From: Raja brachyura
Lineage: Eukaryota
Assembly: GCA_963514005.1 (NCBI GenBank)
Contig: OY740798.1
Span: 51,894,001-51,958,000, forward strand
DNA: 64,000 nt
Reading direction: 5' to 3'
Part shown: positions 22,645 to 35,105 of the stretch, one piece after another
Layout: each line of letters starts with the position of its first letter
Numbering within the stretch: position 1 is the first letter of the stretch
Program-made: the position numbers and the translations under genes
Notes under the pieces: generated by a model
What the model saw: the letters and a program-made list of their open reading frames with translations, nothing else
Told to the model about the DNA's origin: nothing
The model's database searches: none

Positions 22645-25600
22645 AATGATTTGCTCATCTCGGTCCTAAAAGACTTCCCCCTTATCCTTAAACTGTGACC
22701 CCTTGTTCTGGGGTTCCCCAGCATCGGGAACAATCTTCCTGCATCTAGCCTGTCCAACCCCTTAAGAATTTTGTAAGTCTCTATAAGATCCCCCCTCAAT
22801 CTCCCAAATTCCAGCAAGTACAAGCCGAGTCTATCCAGTCTTTCCTCATATGGAAGTCCTGCCATCCCAGGAATCAGTCTTCTCTGTACTCCCTCTATGG
22901 CAAGAATGTCTTTCCTCAGATTAGGAGACCAAAACTGTACGCAATACTCCAGGTGTGACCTCACCAAAACCCTGTACAACTGCAGTAGAACCTCCCTGCT
23001 CTTGTACTCAAAAATCCTTTTGCTATGAATGCTAACATACCATTCGCTTTCTTCACAGCCTGCTGCACCTGCATGCCTACTTTCAATGACTGGTGTACCA
23101 TGACATCCAGGTCTCGTTGCATCTCCCCTTTTCCTAATCGGCCACCATTCAGATAATAGTCTGCCCTCCTGCATTTGCCCACTCACCCAACCTATCCAAG
23201 TCACCTTGCAGCCTCCTAGCATCCTCCTCACAGCTAACACTGCCCCCCCAGCTTTGTGTCATCCGCAAACTTGGAGATGTTGCATTCAATTTCCTCATCC
23301 AGATCATCAATATATATTGTAAATAGCTGGGGTCCCAGCACTGAGCCTTGCGATACCCCACTAGTCACTGCCTGCCATTCTGAAAATGACCCATTTACTC
23401 CTACTCTTTGCTTCCTGTCTGCCAGCCAGTTCTCTATCCACATCAATACTGAACCCCCAATACCATGTGCTTTAAGTTTGTATGCTAATCTCTTATGTGG
23501 GACCTTGTCGAAAGCCTTCTGAAAGTCCAGATATAACACATCCACAGGTTGTCCCTTATCCACTCTACTCGTTGCATCCTTAAAAAATTCTATGATTCAT
23601 CAGACATGATTTACCTTTCATAAATCCATGCTGACTTTGTCCAATGATTTCACCGCTTTCCAAATGTGCTGCTATCCCATCTTTAATAACTGACTCTAGC
23701 ATTTTCCCCGATGATTGACTAATTGGTGTGTAATTCCCCGTTTTCTCTCTCCCTCCCTTTTTAGAAAGTGGGGTTACATTAGCTACCCTCCAATCTTCAG
23801 GAACTACTCCAGAATCTAAAGAGTTTTGAAAAATTATCACTAATGCAACCACTATTTCTGGGGCTATTTCCTTAAGTACTCTGGGATGCAGCCTATCTGG
23901 CCCTGGGGATGGCCTTTAATCCTGGAATGGTCTTTAATCCATTCAATTTACCTAACACCACTTCCCGGCTAACCTGGATTTCACTCAGTACCTCCATCTC
24001 ATTTGACCCTCCGGTCCCCTGCTATTTCCAGCAGATTATTTATGTCTTCCTTAGTGAAGACAGAACCAAAGTAGTTATTCAAATGGTCTGCCATGTCCTT
24101 GTTCCCCATGATCAATTCACCTGTTTCTGACTGCAAGGGACCTACGTTTATTTTAACTAACCTTTTTCTTTTCACATATCTATAAAAACCTTTACAGTCC
24201 GTTTTTATGTTCCGTGCCAGTTTTCTTTCACAACCTATTTTCCCTTTCCTAATTAAGCACTTTGTCCTCCTCTGCTGGACTCTGAATTTCTCCCAATCCT
24301 CTGGTAGGCTGCTTTTTCTGGCTAATTTGTATGCTTCATCTTTAATTTTGATACTATCCCTGATTTCCCTTGTTATCCACGGATGCACTACCTTCCCTGA
24401 TTTATTACATAGAAACATAGAAATTAGGTGCAGGAGTAGGCCCTTCGGCCCTTCGAGCCTGCACCGCCATTCAATACGATCATGGCTGATCATCCAACTC
24501 AGTATCCCGTACCTGCCTTCTCTCCATACCCTCTGATCCCCTTAGCCACAAGGGCCACATCTAACTCCCTCTTAAATATTCTTTTGCCAAACTAGGATGA
24601 ACAATTGTTGTAGTTCATCCATGGAGCTCCCGCAACACAGCTTCTCCAGCCCATGTCGCGGGGTTGGAATGACCCGGAGTGGGGCCATACATCGCCCCGT
24701 GCGGTTTTAATGGCCGCGGGACATTTCAGCGCCCGCCGGGGGCTCCAACTGTGACCTTTGGGCCTAGAGCGGGGCCGTACATCGCCCCGCGTGGCTTCAA
24801 TGGCCGTGGGACTTAACACCGCCCGCCTGGGGCTTCAACCTCAGGAGAGAAATGGTGCGGGGGAGAGAGAAGACTTTGCCTTCCGTCACAGTGAGGAGGA
24901 GATTCACTGTGATGAATGTTTTGTGTGAATTGAATTGTCTGTGTATTTTTTTATGAATTGTTCTGTTGTATGGCTCGTAGAAACGGAGTTTCATTTGAGC
25001 CTCTCTGAGGTTCGAATGACAAGTAATAAAATCAAATAAAACCAAACTTAAATACCTTCCTTTTCATGTCCACCGTCAACGTTTTAAGAATCACTTGCCA
25101 GTCTATCTTGGCCAATTCACGTCTCATACCCTCAAAGTTACCTTTCTGTAAATTCAGAACCCTTGTTTTTGAATTAACAATGAATTAACAAACCATCCTA
25201 ATGAAGAACTCAACCATATTATGGTCACTCTTGCCCAAGGGGCCACCCACAAGAAGACTGCTAACTAACCCTTCCTCATTACTCAGTACCCAGTCTAGAA
25301 TAGCCTGCTCTCTCGTTGGTTCCTCTACATGTTGGTTTAGAAAACTATCCTGCATACATTCCAAGAAATCCTCTTCCTCAGCACCCCTGCCAATTTGATT
25401 CACCCAATCTATATGTAGATTGAAGTCGCCCATTATAACTGTTTTACCCTCGTTGCACGCATTTCTAATTTCCTGTTTGATGCCATCCCCAACTCCACTA
25501 CTACTGTTAGGTGGCCTGTACACAACTCCCACTAATGTTTTCTGCCCCTTAGTGTTTCGCAGCTCTACCCATATCAATTCCACATCCTCCAAGCTAATGT

Positions 25601-25950
25601 CCTTCCTTTCTATTGCGTTAATCTCCTCTCTAACCAGCAATTCTACCCCACCTCCTTTTCCTTTCTGTCTATCCCTCCTGAATATTGAATATCCCTGGAT
25701 GTTCAGCTCCCAGCCTTGGTCACCCTGGAGCCATGTCTCCATGATCCCAACTATATCCTATTCATTAATAACTATCTGCATATTCAACTCATCTACCTTA
25801 TTACGAATACTCCTTGCATTGAGACACAAAGCCTTCAGGCTTGTTTTTACAACACTCTTACCCCTTATACAATTAGGGTGAAAAGTGGCCCTTTTTGATT
25901 TTTGCCCTGGTTTTGTCTGCCTGCCATTTTTACTTTTCACCTTGCTACCT
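22645..25950 (-). mobile_element. CR1 LINE ORF2 (AP endonuclease + RT), disrupted and with nested inserts
   Basis: LNARSIRNK, ETWL, GVVYRPP, IMGDFN, SDHNMV endonuclease motifs; [18 protein letters not shown] motifs. Confidence 0.9.
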
Positions 25951-26304
25951 GTTCCGTGTATTAACAGTGTGTGTCGGAAGCTGCCATGTCCTCCACATGG
26001 ATTGAGCTGCTCCGTGCATCACGCCCTTTGACCCGATGCAACCCCCCTATAGACAATAGGTGCAGGAGTAGGCCATTCGGCCCTTCGTGCCAGCACCGCT
26101 CGGTTTTAGCTTAAATCAGCATCTGCGGTTCCATCCTACACCAGCTTGGTTCTTGGCTCTTAGTTCTTGGTTACTTGGTCCTCCAAAATATTCCAACTGG
26201 AATTTAAACTGAAGGTGGTGAAGGGAGGGGTTAAGCCGGAGAGGGTTATTGGGAAGATAGTGCCACTTTAAATTTAGTTGCATCTGGCTGGGCAACCATG
26301 GCTG

Positions 26305-27100
26305 GAAACCACCGTACAGCCATACATTAAAAAATAAAGAACACAACATGGAGTAGAAATTCAACATAAAACATCCCCTCACAGCAGGATCAAAGTTCCC
26401 CGCTGTGAGGGAAGGCACCAAAGTCAGTCTCTTCCCCTGATGTTCCCCACTGTTTACCCGTGGGCGGGGCCCCCCCATGAGCCCTCCGCAGTCGCCACTA
26501 CGGGCAGCCCGATGTTCAGGCCCGCTCGGCGGGGTGATGCAAGTCCGACGTCGGGACGTCCTCAGCGGCCTGGACCTCGAGTCGGCCACCTCCTCCCGGA
26601 GTCCGCGGCTCCCAAAGTCCGCAGGGCGCACTGGGTGGAGACACAACGCTGGAGGCCCTCGGCAAAGGGCCCCAGGACTTTATGGAGTTCAGCGCCGCCC
26701 GCGTTGGAAGCTCTCCAAACCAGAGCTCCACGATGTTGGAGCAGCGGCCCAATGCTCCGGAGCTCCAACGGCGACCCAGGTAAGTATCGCCCGCTCCGCG
26801 GTGACTCCAGCGCCACTGCCACTGTTGCAGCTGTGATCCGGTTCCCGGTCCCCGGCAGGAAAGGTCGCTCAGATTCAGGAGGTAGGCCGCGAGGTGGGGG
26901 GAGAGGACCGACTCGGAGAAATAGTCACGTCCCCGCCAGGAAGCGACTGGGAGTTAGTTTCCCCCTTACCCTGCCCCCCTCCCCCACATATAAAAGTTAA
27001 AGTTTCTCCCCAAGACAGACTTTTAACGGACAAAAAATTAAAAAAAGATGTAAAAACAAACGGGCTGCAGACAGAGGCTGCTGTCAGTGCAGCGCCCCCT
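26305..27100 (-). repeat. GC-rich non-autonomous retroposon-like repeat (related to 37590-38268 and 24600-25045)
   Basis: Shared segment gactttggtgccttccctcacagcggg..gatcctgctgtg..gatgtt..tatggctgta among the copies. Confidence 0.55.
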
Positions 27101-27496
27101 AGCTTTCTACATTATGCCCCCTTTATAAAACCTTTTAAAATGTCAGTTCCCACTTTGAACCACAAAGTAGCCCACAGATGTCAGGCCGGCACAGTGCACA
27201 ACAGCGTCAGAGGCCCGGGTCCGGTCCGGTCCGCTCTGGACTAGCTCTGGGCCTGTTTCTGTGCTGCATCTCCTAATCAATTGACAAACTAGTTGACAGA
27301 TGTTCAGTTATCATCACAACAATTCAATCGCCAGTTCAACATTCTCTACATTATCTCTGTTATTAGGTGTATAAACACTCGATGTAATTTGAGTTTGCAG
27401 AGATTCTCCCAGTCTGCTACCAAGTGCTCTCCCCAATGTCGGCTTCTGTTGACAACAGACTCTCATTTGTCATCTCTCTGTCCGACTGCTCTCTCT

Positions 27497-27790
27497 GGCA
27501 CGGTGGCGCAGCGGTAGAGTTGCTGCCTTCCAGCGCCACAGACCCGGGTTCCATCCTGACTACGGTTGCAGTCCGCATGGAGTTTGTACATTCTCCCTGT
27601 GACCATGTGGGTTTCATCAGGGATCTCCGGTTTCCCCCCAAGCTCAAAAGACTTACAGGTTTGTAGGTTACTTGGCTTTGGTTAATAAAAATGTAAGTTG
27701 TCCCTACTGTTAGTGTGCGGGGATTGCCCAAATGGGCTCTGCGGGCCGAAGGGCCTGTTTCTGCACCCTATCTCTGAACTAAACTAACCT
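27497..27790 (+). mobile_element. HE1-type V-SINE
   Basis: ggcacggtggcgcagcggtagag A-box head, ggttccatcc B-box, V core, (aacta)n tail. Confidence 0.82.
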
Positions 27791-27989
27791 AAAATCCTTA
27801 CCTAAAATACTAACCTTTCTCTCTGCAATCTCTGTAGTCTGTATATCTGGGATCCAGACACAAAATGCTGGAGTAATTCAGTGGGACAGGCAGCATCTCT
27901 GGATACGACGAATGAGTGACGTTTTGGGTCGACACCTTTCACAGACATCTGGAATCTATATGTCCTCACACTCTGAAATCTGTCTTTTA

Positions 27990-28450
27990 CCTCTCTGTCT
28001 GTGATCTCTGTGTGATCTCTGTCTGTGATGTCTCTTCTGTCTGTTACCTCTGTGTTTTCTCTGTGATCTCTCTGTCTCTGGAGTCTCTGTTCTTTGTGAT
28101 CTCTGTGTTCTGTTGGTGATCTGTGTGTGTGTGTGTGTGTGATCTCTGTCTGCAATCTCTAGGATCTGAGATTTCTGTCTGTCTCTGTGATCTCTGTCCC
28201 TTCTTTGTGATCTCTGTTCTCTGTCTATGATCTGTCTGGGATCTCTGCCTGATCTCTCTTTGCCTGGGATCTTTGCCTATGGATATAGATTCTCTATCTC
28301 ACTGCCTGAGATTTCTCCCTCTGTCTGGGATCTCCCTCTGTCTAGGGAAAGAGGTCCTTGTTCACACTCTGGAGAGACTCTGATCTGGCTGAGGTCTCTG
28401 TTTGGGGAAAGAGACCCGCTTTTTGTCTCCGATCTCTCCCTGCCTGGGAT
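27990..28450. repeat. Low-complexity (GATCTCT/GT)-rich tandem-like tract
   Basis: Recurring gtgatctctgt-like units plus (GT)n. Confidence 0.7.
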
Positions 28451-29988
28451 ATGGGTGTTCTTTCTCTCTCTCCCTCTCTCCTCTCCCCGGGCAGACTGCG
28501 CTCTGTGAGACACAGCCTCTCCCCGCCCACCTGTGGCGGAGGTGAAACCAGCGGAGAGTGAGGGGAGCGGGGAGAGAGAGGAGGGGAGAGAGAACAGAGA
28601 GGGGGGGTGGAGAGAGGGGAAAGGGACGAGAGAGGGGAGCAGGGAGAGAGCGGTGAAGGGCCTGTTTCTCTGCTGTACTGTTCTATGTATAATGGTCAGC
28701 ACCTGGATTACAGGCCGAAGGGCCTGATCCTGTGCTGTTCTATACGTTATGGGCTGCACGGATATTGTGGGCCAAAGGGTCTGACACTGTACTGCACTAT
28801 TTTAGATTCTTGGGGGTTCCTGACAGCATAGCAGTTGCGATGATTTCGCTGGTGGGAAAGTCGTGATCAAGTGGAAATAGCTACAAAGTAAGGAGTCAAT
28901 CATAGAACCGTACAGCACAGAAACAAGCCCTTTAGCCCAGCTTGTCCATGCCAAGACCCACATCGAAGCTAGTCCCTTTTGCCTGCGTTTGGTCCATATC
29001 CGTCAAAACACGTCCTATCCATATACTTATCTTTTAAATGTTGTTATAGTACCTGTCTCAACTAACTCCTCTGGCAGCTTGTTCCATATATTCACCATCC
29101 TATGTGTGAAAGCGTTGCCCTTCAGCTTCTTACCCCTCACCTTAAATGGAACAACATGCGCAGTACGCCAATCTTCCGGCACTATTCCTGTTTCTAATGA
29201 CATTTGAAATATTTCTGCCATAGCTCCTGCTATTTCTACACTAACTTCCCTCAATGTCCTAGGGAATATCCTGTCAAGACCTGGAGACTTATCCACTTTT
29301 ATATTTTTCAAAAGTGTCAGTACTTCCTCCTCTTTACCATGTCCCTTGGAAAAAATACGAGGTACGTGGCCTGTGGCTGGAGTTTGCAAACAAATGAATG
29401 GGTTGTCACAATTTGTTCATTTATGTGGGGAAGGCATCTGAGCAGAATCTGAGAATCAAGCGGTGTCCCAGAGAATAATGCAGCAACATCTAAGAGACAC
29501 GGAGAAGCTGATCATCAGGGCAGTTCTGTCCGTGGTCATGGGAGGCTTTTTATAGTGAAAAAAAAAACTGCATGACATCATTTTTATCCATATGATGATT
29601 TTTCCACACGTCGGTAGTCGTTGTTGGCTCGGGAGAGAAACTTGGTAACTCAGGAGAGGAACTTGGTACATCGCAGAAATGAGAAGTAAACGGCAAACTT
29701 AGACATACACGTGGGAACTCGTTGAAACTCGTGAACATAAACTTGGAATCTCGCAGAAAACCACATGTTTGATTTTTCCTTTCACTCGGGATCACTCGTG
29801 GGTGGACTCGCACCGTGAGCCAGGGCTATAAGTTACACAGCACAGAAAAAAACCCTCAGCCCAACTTGTCCATGCTGTCCAAGATACCCCATCTATGCCA
29901 GACTAACCTGCCCATATTTGGCCCATCGATGATCGGTGTGGGTTCGGTGAGCCGAAGGGCCTGTTTCCACACTATCTCTATAACTAAA

Positions 29989-32900
29989 ATTTTACTGTGG
30001 AGTCACGTGAGTGACTACGTGAAGAAGTCCCGCCAGAGCGCATGCTTGTCATTATGTCAGTGCATTGGCAAGCACCGGACTGGCGGGGCAATGCTCCTGC
30101 CGGCGGTAAGTTTCAACCTAGAAGGTAAGTGTTTTATTTACCAGCATTGTGTATTCGAGCAGGAGCCTCTCTTTTCAGAGGTTTCCTGCCGGATTTATCG
30201 GGGGTCCGATGCCTAAGCCGGCTATGGGCTGCCGGGGAACCCCGGTCCGACCGCTGAAACGGATAGCTGGCAAAGATCTGGTTTCCTGATAACAGCCGCT
30301 GACAAAGCAGTTGGTGGTTTCCAGCCTGCGGGGTTGTGGTTTAAATAACGCTAGAGTCGCTGACAGTCGGTCAATGACTCACAGACACGTTGTCCCAGGC
30401 ATGGAGTAAAATTGGAGGGAGAGAGAACTTGTGCATCCCTATTAGAACTCGGGTGAGTCGGGCTGCAAGGGTTCTTCTTTGATAATAAGGGCATTTTCAC
30501 CCTTTACAAATTCACACTCCACTATAATAGCGCGGGCCTATGGGACAGGCCGCACCAGCAGCGCCTAGGATAGGGCTGCTTCATGTAAAAAGCGCCGGCC
30601 TCTACGAGAGGCGGCGCCAGCAGCGCCTAGGAGAGGGTTGCTCAAGGTCTCCCTGCTGGAGGGGGAGAGCAGGACGGGTCAGTGCGCTACTGACGCCAAA
30701 TCTATCACAGTGTTGGCCTACGGGAGAGCCGTGCCAGCAGCGCCTGGGACAGGGCTGCTCAAGGTCTCCCTGTGGCAAAGGGCAGACCAGTTTGGGTCAA
30801 TGGGTTGCTGACACCGAACCTTTCACAGCGCAGGCCTACGGGAGAGCCACGCCACAAACACCTGTTGACAGGGCTATGTGTATGACCTCCTGTAAGCAGG
30901 AGCAGGGCAGTATAAATCTGACCCTGAAGTGGTGACCTCCCGTGAGCATCAGCCGGGAGAGACAGGGCAGTAGAATGCTGACCCTGAAGTTGGTGTCACT
31001 GCTTATGTGCATCCACCAAAGCACAAGAGCCATGCTCCAGGTGTGCCAGATGTGGTGAGCAATTTACCATACCGGTGAGGTCAGGGATGACAATCTGGCC
31101 AGCAAATTAATGGACCTCACCAGTTCCAGGACTTCATGATGGAAACAAAAATTCAAAATTCAAATATCAAACACCTGTTTACTGTGCATCGCTCTAAAGG
31201 AGCGTATCATGAGGGTGCATGAATTACGGCTGCAAAAGTCCTAAGAATTAAAAAAAATAAAAATAAAAATAAATAAAAATAAAAAATAATAATAATAATA
31301 ATTTAAAAATAAATAAATAAATAAAAACTGGTTGAAGCAGGAATGATGGCGTTTGGACAAATGGCAAGACCACTATCTAAACACAGCAGGATAAGGACCC
31401 TGCTGTGTAATGTCCATTTGATGTTTAATATTTACGAATAAATGTCCAGCCTACACTCAACCCACGGTTCACAACCTTGCGCAAATCCTCTAGTACCCAG
31501 GGGAACACCTGGATGATGAGACAAAAACTGAGGCCAGGATGCCACCTCAAAAACCATATCCTTTCAGATTAAGAAACAGTAAGTGAATATTGGACGGTAT
31601 CCGGGGATCTCCAATAGGTATCTCGGAAGTACATCCACCCGTACAAAATACACATAGTTGGGTATTGGGGTTCAATACCACCAACTCTACAGGTGAATGG
31701 TGCATATCAGCCTTAACAATTGTGTCCAATTCCCCAGCCTAAAGGATGATGGTGGGTGTCGAGGCATTCTGGGCCGAAACATACTTAACCCTTAAGTGCC
31801 AGTATAAAAGATTTAAATAAAAATGTCAGTATTGTAACTGGGATAAAAAAGGGTGTTATATTGGCAACCATAGATCTGAAAGATAAATATTCAGCTACCA
31901 CACAACTGTTGAGAGGTTAGGTCCTCGCCCATCTAATTAAACTTAGATTAGTACCATTTAGAATGACTGGCTATTTGAGGTCATCATTGGTTAGTTAACA
32001 TGGCAGTACTTTGCCTACGGCCAAAATTGTAACTAATGTCTCGCGATGTACTAGAGACATTCTGACTCAATAACCTTTAGTTTACAAACTAATGTGAGCT
32101 TCAGGATGAGGAGCCACTGATATCAAGTCTGGCTGGGGCGACAGATAAAATGTGAAAGAAGCATTAACCCTGCAGAGGCTGGGGTAAACTGCGTAGAATT
32201 GCTGGGTGCATTTTATGGCCTAAAGAATTCTGCTCAATAACGCATGATTGCATGTGCAGCTTCAGATTGATAATACCACAGCTGGTACCCATAACAATCA
32301 CATGGGTAGAATGAGGTCATTATTCTGTAACTGGCCGCATCTGGCACTGGTGCATTACAAGGAACATCTGGGTCTCAGATATCTACTTATCAGGTAAAGA
32401 TAATGCGAAAGTTGCAGACACCAGGTCATGTAAATTCCATAACAAACAAAAAATGAATTAAGAATCCAAAAGTTTCAAAATCATTGTTAGCCGGTATGGA
32501 TTGCCAGACATCGATCTGTTGCATCTGGGTTAAATTACCAGTACCTGTATTCGGCATGGGAACCAAATCTAGGGGCAGTAGCGGAGGATACATTCTCGCT
32601 ACATTGGGGATGTACGTTCTTACGCTTTCCCCATTTCTTCCTCATTCAATCAAGGTCTCACCAAAATAGAGTATGACTACATTTAGGTGTTTAGTGGGTT
32701 CTAAACTGGTCCACACAGCATGGTCCCATTGGGTTGAGATGGATCATCCCAATTACAGTAACTTGTTGGTTCACACTGGGACAGGAGGAAAGTTCCCCTT
32801 TACATGAGCATATTAATCTATTGATTTGTATCTTCTGACCAGACTGTTCCAGGGACTCAGACTATTGAGTAGAACCGTCGATGTGATTATGATGGTCTGG

Positions 32901-34314
32901 AGAGATAGTACTAAAAATTTAATTTAAAAAAAAAAAGTATCTCATATTAAGAAATGGGACATATTCTGTTTACAGTTAAATATATCTTATCATAAGTTGC
33001 AGGCATACCGGATGTATTGGAGTTCCTGGCTACATTGCATTTTGACGAGCAGTTAAGATATAGTGCCATTTATAGTACTAGAAGTACTTTGTCCTCCTAC
33101 TTAGGGCAAGGGTCCGGACAACACTCTGTCGGATCTCATCTACTGTTGGCTGATTCATAGGAGGTATTTTAACAAAACCCTCCCAGACGTACATATTCAG
33201 AAATCTGGGATGTGACCATAGTTCTCACACTGCTTTGGCAATGGGCTCCAATTACATCTATGCCTTTCCGGAAGTTAACGCTCAAAGTGATCATGTTCAT
33301 GGTGCTAGTGGCAGCATTATGGGTCCAAATATTGCAAAAGTTATGACTGGACAGCATGCATTCTTCTGTAGATGATATTGTGCTTTATGCATATGATCTA
33401 ATCAAACAGAGCAGGTCAGGGATGGCTGGAACCAAAATAATCTTAAAATATACCCATTGATCTAAGACTATATGTAATTACACATCTGAGCTAATAATAT
33501 CATCAAGAGTCTCAGAGGCTCTGAAACAGCGATGGTCATCGGCCACATAAAACCTCATGCAAAGGTGTCAGTGTCAGTATTGCTAGATGACCGAAATAGG
33601 TTTGCATTTTGCTGGAGTAGACACTGATGTGTTTAAATCACTCCACCAGGACGGCATCAACGTACGCAGCAAAGGCGCAGGACGTGCCATTGGACCAAAT
33701 CTTCACCGCAGGATAGTCCAGTTAAGGAACCTTTTAGGGTTTATGACAAACCTGACCTCGCAATGCAAAGATTGGACAAGTTGTTTTTGGTTCTGTTTGA
33801 GTTCTCCTTTGTAATTTCCCCTGCGAAAGAGGGGTTATTACTGTTGTGAACATTTTTATTGTTTAAGACATTTATTGTATAAATTAAACAATGTTTGATA
33901 CATTATTTGGTTATCCTGTGTCAACCAAGGCAGTGTGTCGTAAGGAACTGCATCTACGGCATGAAATCACAGAGCTTTGAAATCATCACAGTCACTCACG
34001 TGACTCTGAAGTAAAATAGTAAGATTAAATGAGAACTTACTAGTTCAAAGTTTGATCCTTATTTTATGAGGAGTTACGGTGAGGGATTACGTGTCCTCTG
34101 CTCCCACCCTCATAATCTAAAGAATCATCTGGTAGTTCTAGTCTTCTAAAAGCCTTACTATGTTACTTCGGCTATTGGGTTTCTGTGTTTTCACACTTTG
34201 AAGTGTGACAAGCATGCGCTCTGGCGGGACTTCTTCACGTAATCCCTCATCGTAACTCCTCATAAAATAAGGATCAAACTTTGAACTGGTAAGTTCTCAT
34301 TTAATCTTACTATT
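29989..34314 (+). mobile_element. DIRS1-type tyrosine-recombinase retrotransposon: both termini present, decayed ORFs
   Basis: Perfect 36-bp ITR 30016-30051 / 34206-34241; ICR ~33990-34093 complementary to both termini; ATT core at both junctions; degenerate RT/RNaseH, methyltransferase-like and YR remnants homologous to the second DIRS. Confidence 0.9.
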
Positions 34315-34333
34315 AAAACTAAATTAAACTTAC

Positions 34334-34654
34334 CTTTGACAGTCAGATGGGTGGTCAACTCTGTGTCCTTATCAAGTGATCTATGTCTCACTAAGCAGAC
34401 GAAAGTGTTACCATCGTCCTGGAGTGTTGGACGTAGCCTCATATGGCTCGACACATTGTAGGTTCCATCCGCATTTTTAACAGGAGATCCTGTGCAAATG
34501 TGGTCTGGGATCTTCTGTTCTCCAATCTTTGATTTCTTGAGCCAGCTTATCTGGATCGCCAAGGGGTAAAACACTGTACTGTCACATTTCACCGATTTTT
34601 CCGTCCCATTCTCAATGGTGATAGCAGTTGTGGATAAACTCATTTGCGGTTCAG
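34334..34654 (-). CDS. Inverted paralogous C1-set Ig exon (copy of the exon at 1-232); may be an orphan/pseudo-exon
   Basis: Acceptor atctttacag|, open frame EPQMSLSTT...VKCDSTVFYPLAIQISW...FVCLVRH...LTVK, donor G|gtaagt; 7 differences in 232 nt versus the + copy; no companion exons found in the window. Confidence 0.82.
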
Positions 34655-34821
34655 CTGTAAAGATAATAATTAATGTTAGTCATACAGTGTGGAAACAGGC
34701 CCTTCGGCCCAATCTGCCACACGAGCCAGCATGTCCCATAGTCACATTGTCATTTAATATTAGTGAACATTTTAATTTTTTTTAAAAATCCGAATCAAGT
34801 AAGTGCACACATTGAAAAGTT

Positions 34822-35105
34822 TTGTTTAGAGATACAGCGTGGAAACAGATCCTTTGGCCATCGAGTCTGTGCCGACCATCAGCCACCTGTACACTGGTTC
34901 TATCTTACACATTAGGGACAATTTACAGAAGCCAATTAACATACAAACCTGCACTTTGTTGGGACGAAGGAGGAAACCAGAGCACCCGGACAAAACTCAG
35001 AGGGAGAACGTGCAAACTCCATACAGACAGCATCTGTAGTCAGGATCGGACCTAGGTCTCTGGCACTGTGAGGCAGCAACTCTACCCCCGCGCCACTGTG
35101 CCACC
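34822..35105 (-). mobile_element. HE1-type V-SINE
   Basis: Reverse complement of SINE head/core/tail. Confidence 0.78.

Noticed and set aside
26116-27244. Overlapping GC-rich ORFs on both strands
   Set aside because: No domain motifs; they lie in a repeat family also seen at 24.6 and 37.6 kb; stop-poor because of GC content.
27497-27570. tRNA gene
   Set aside because: tRNA-derived SINE head continuing into the V core; no full cloverleaf.
29375-29560. Hydrophobic short ORF as the diverged TM exon of the minus-strand paralog
   Set aside because: No similarity to the 2432-2548 exon, no convincing splice sites, hydrophobic run too short.
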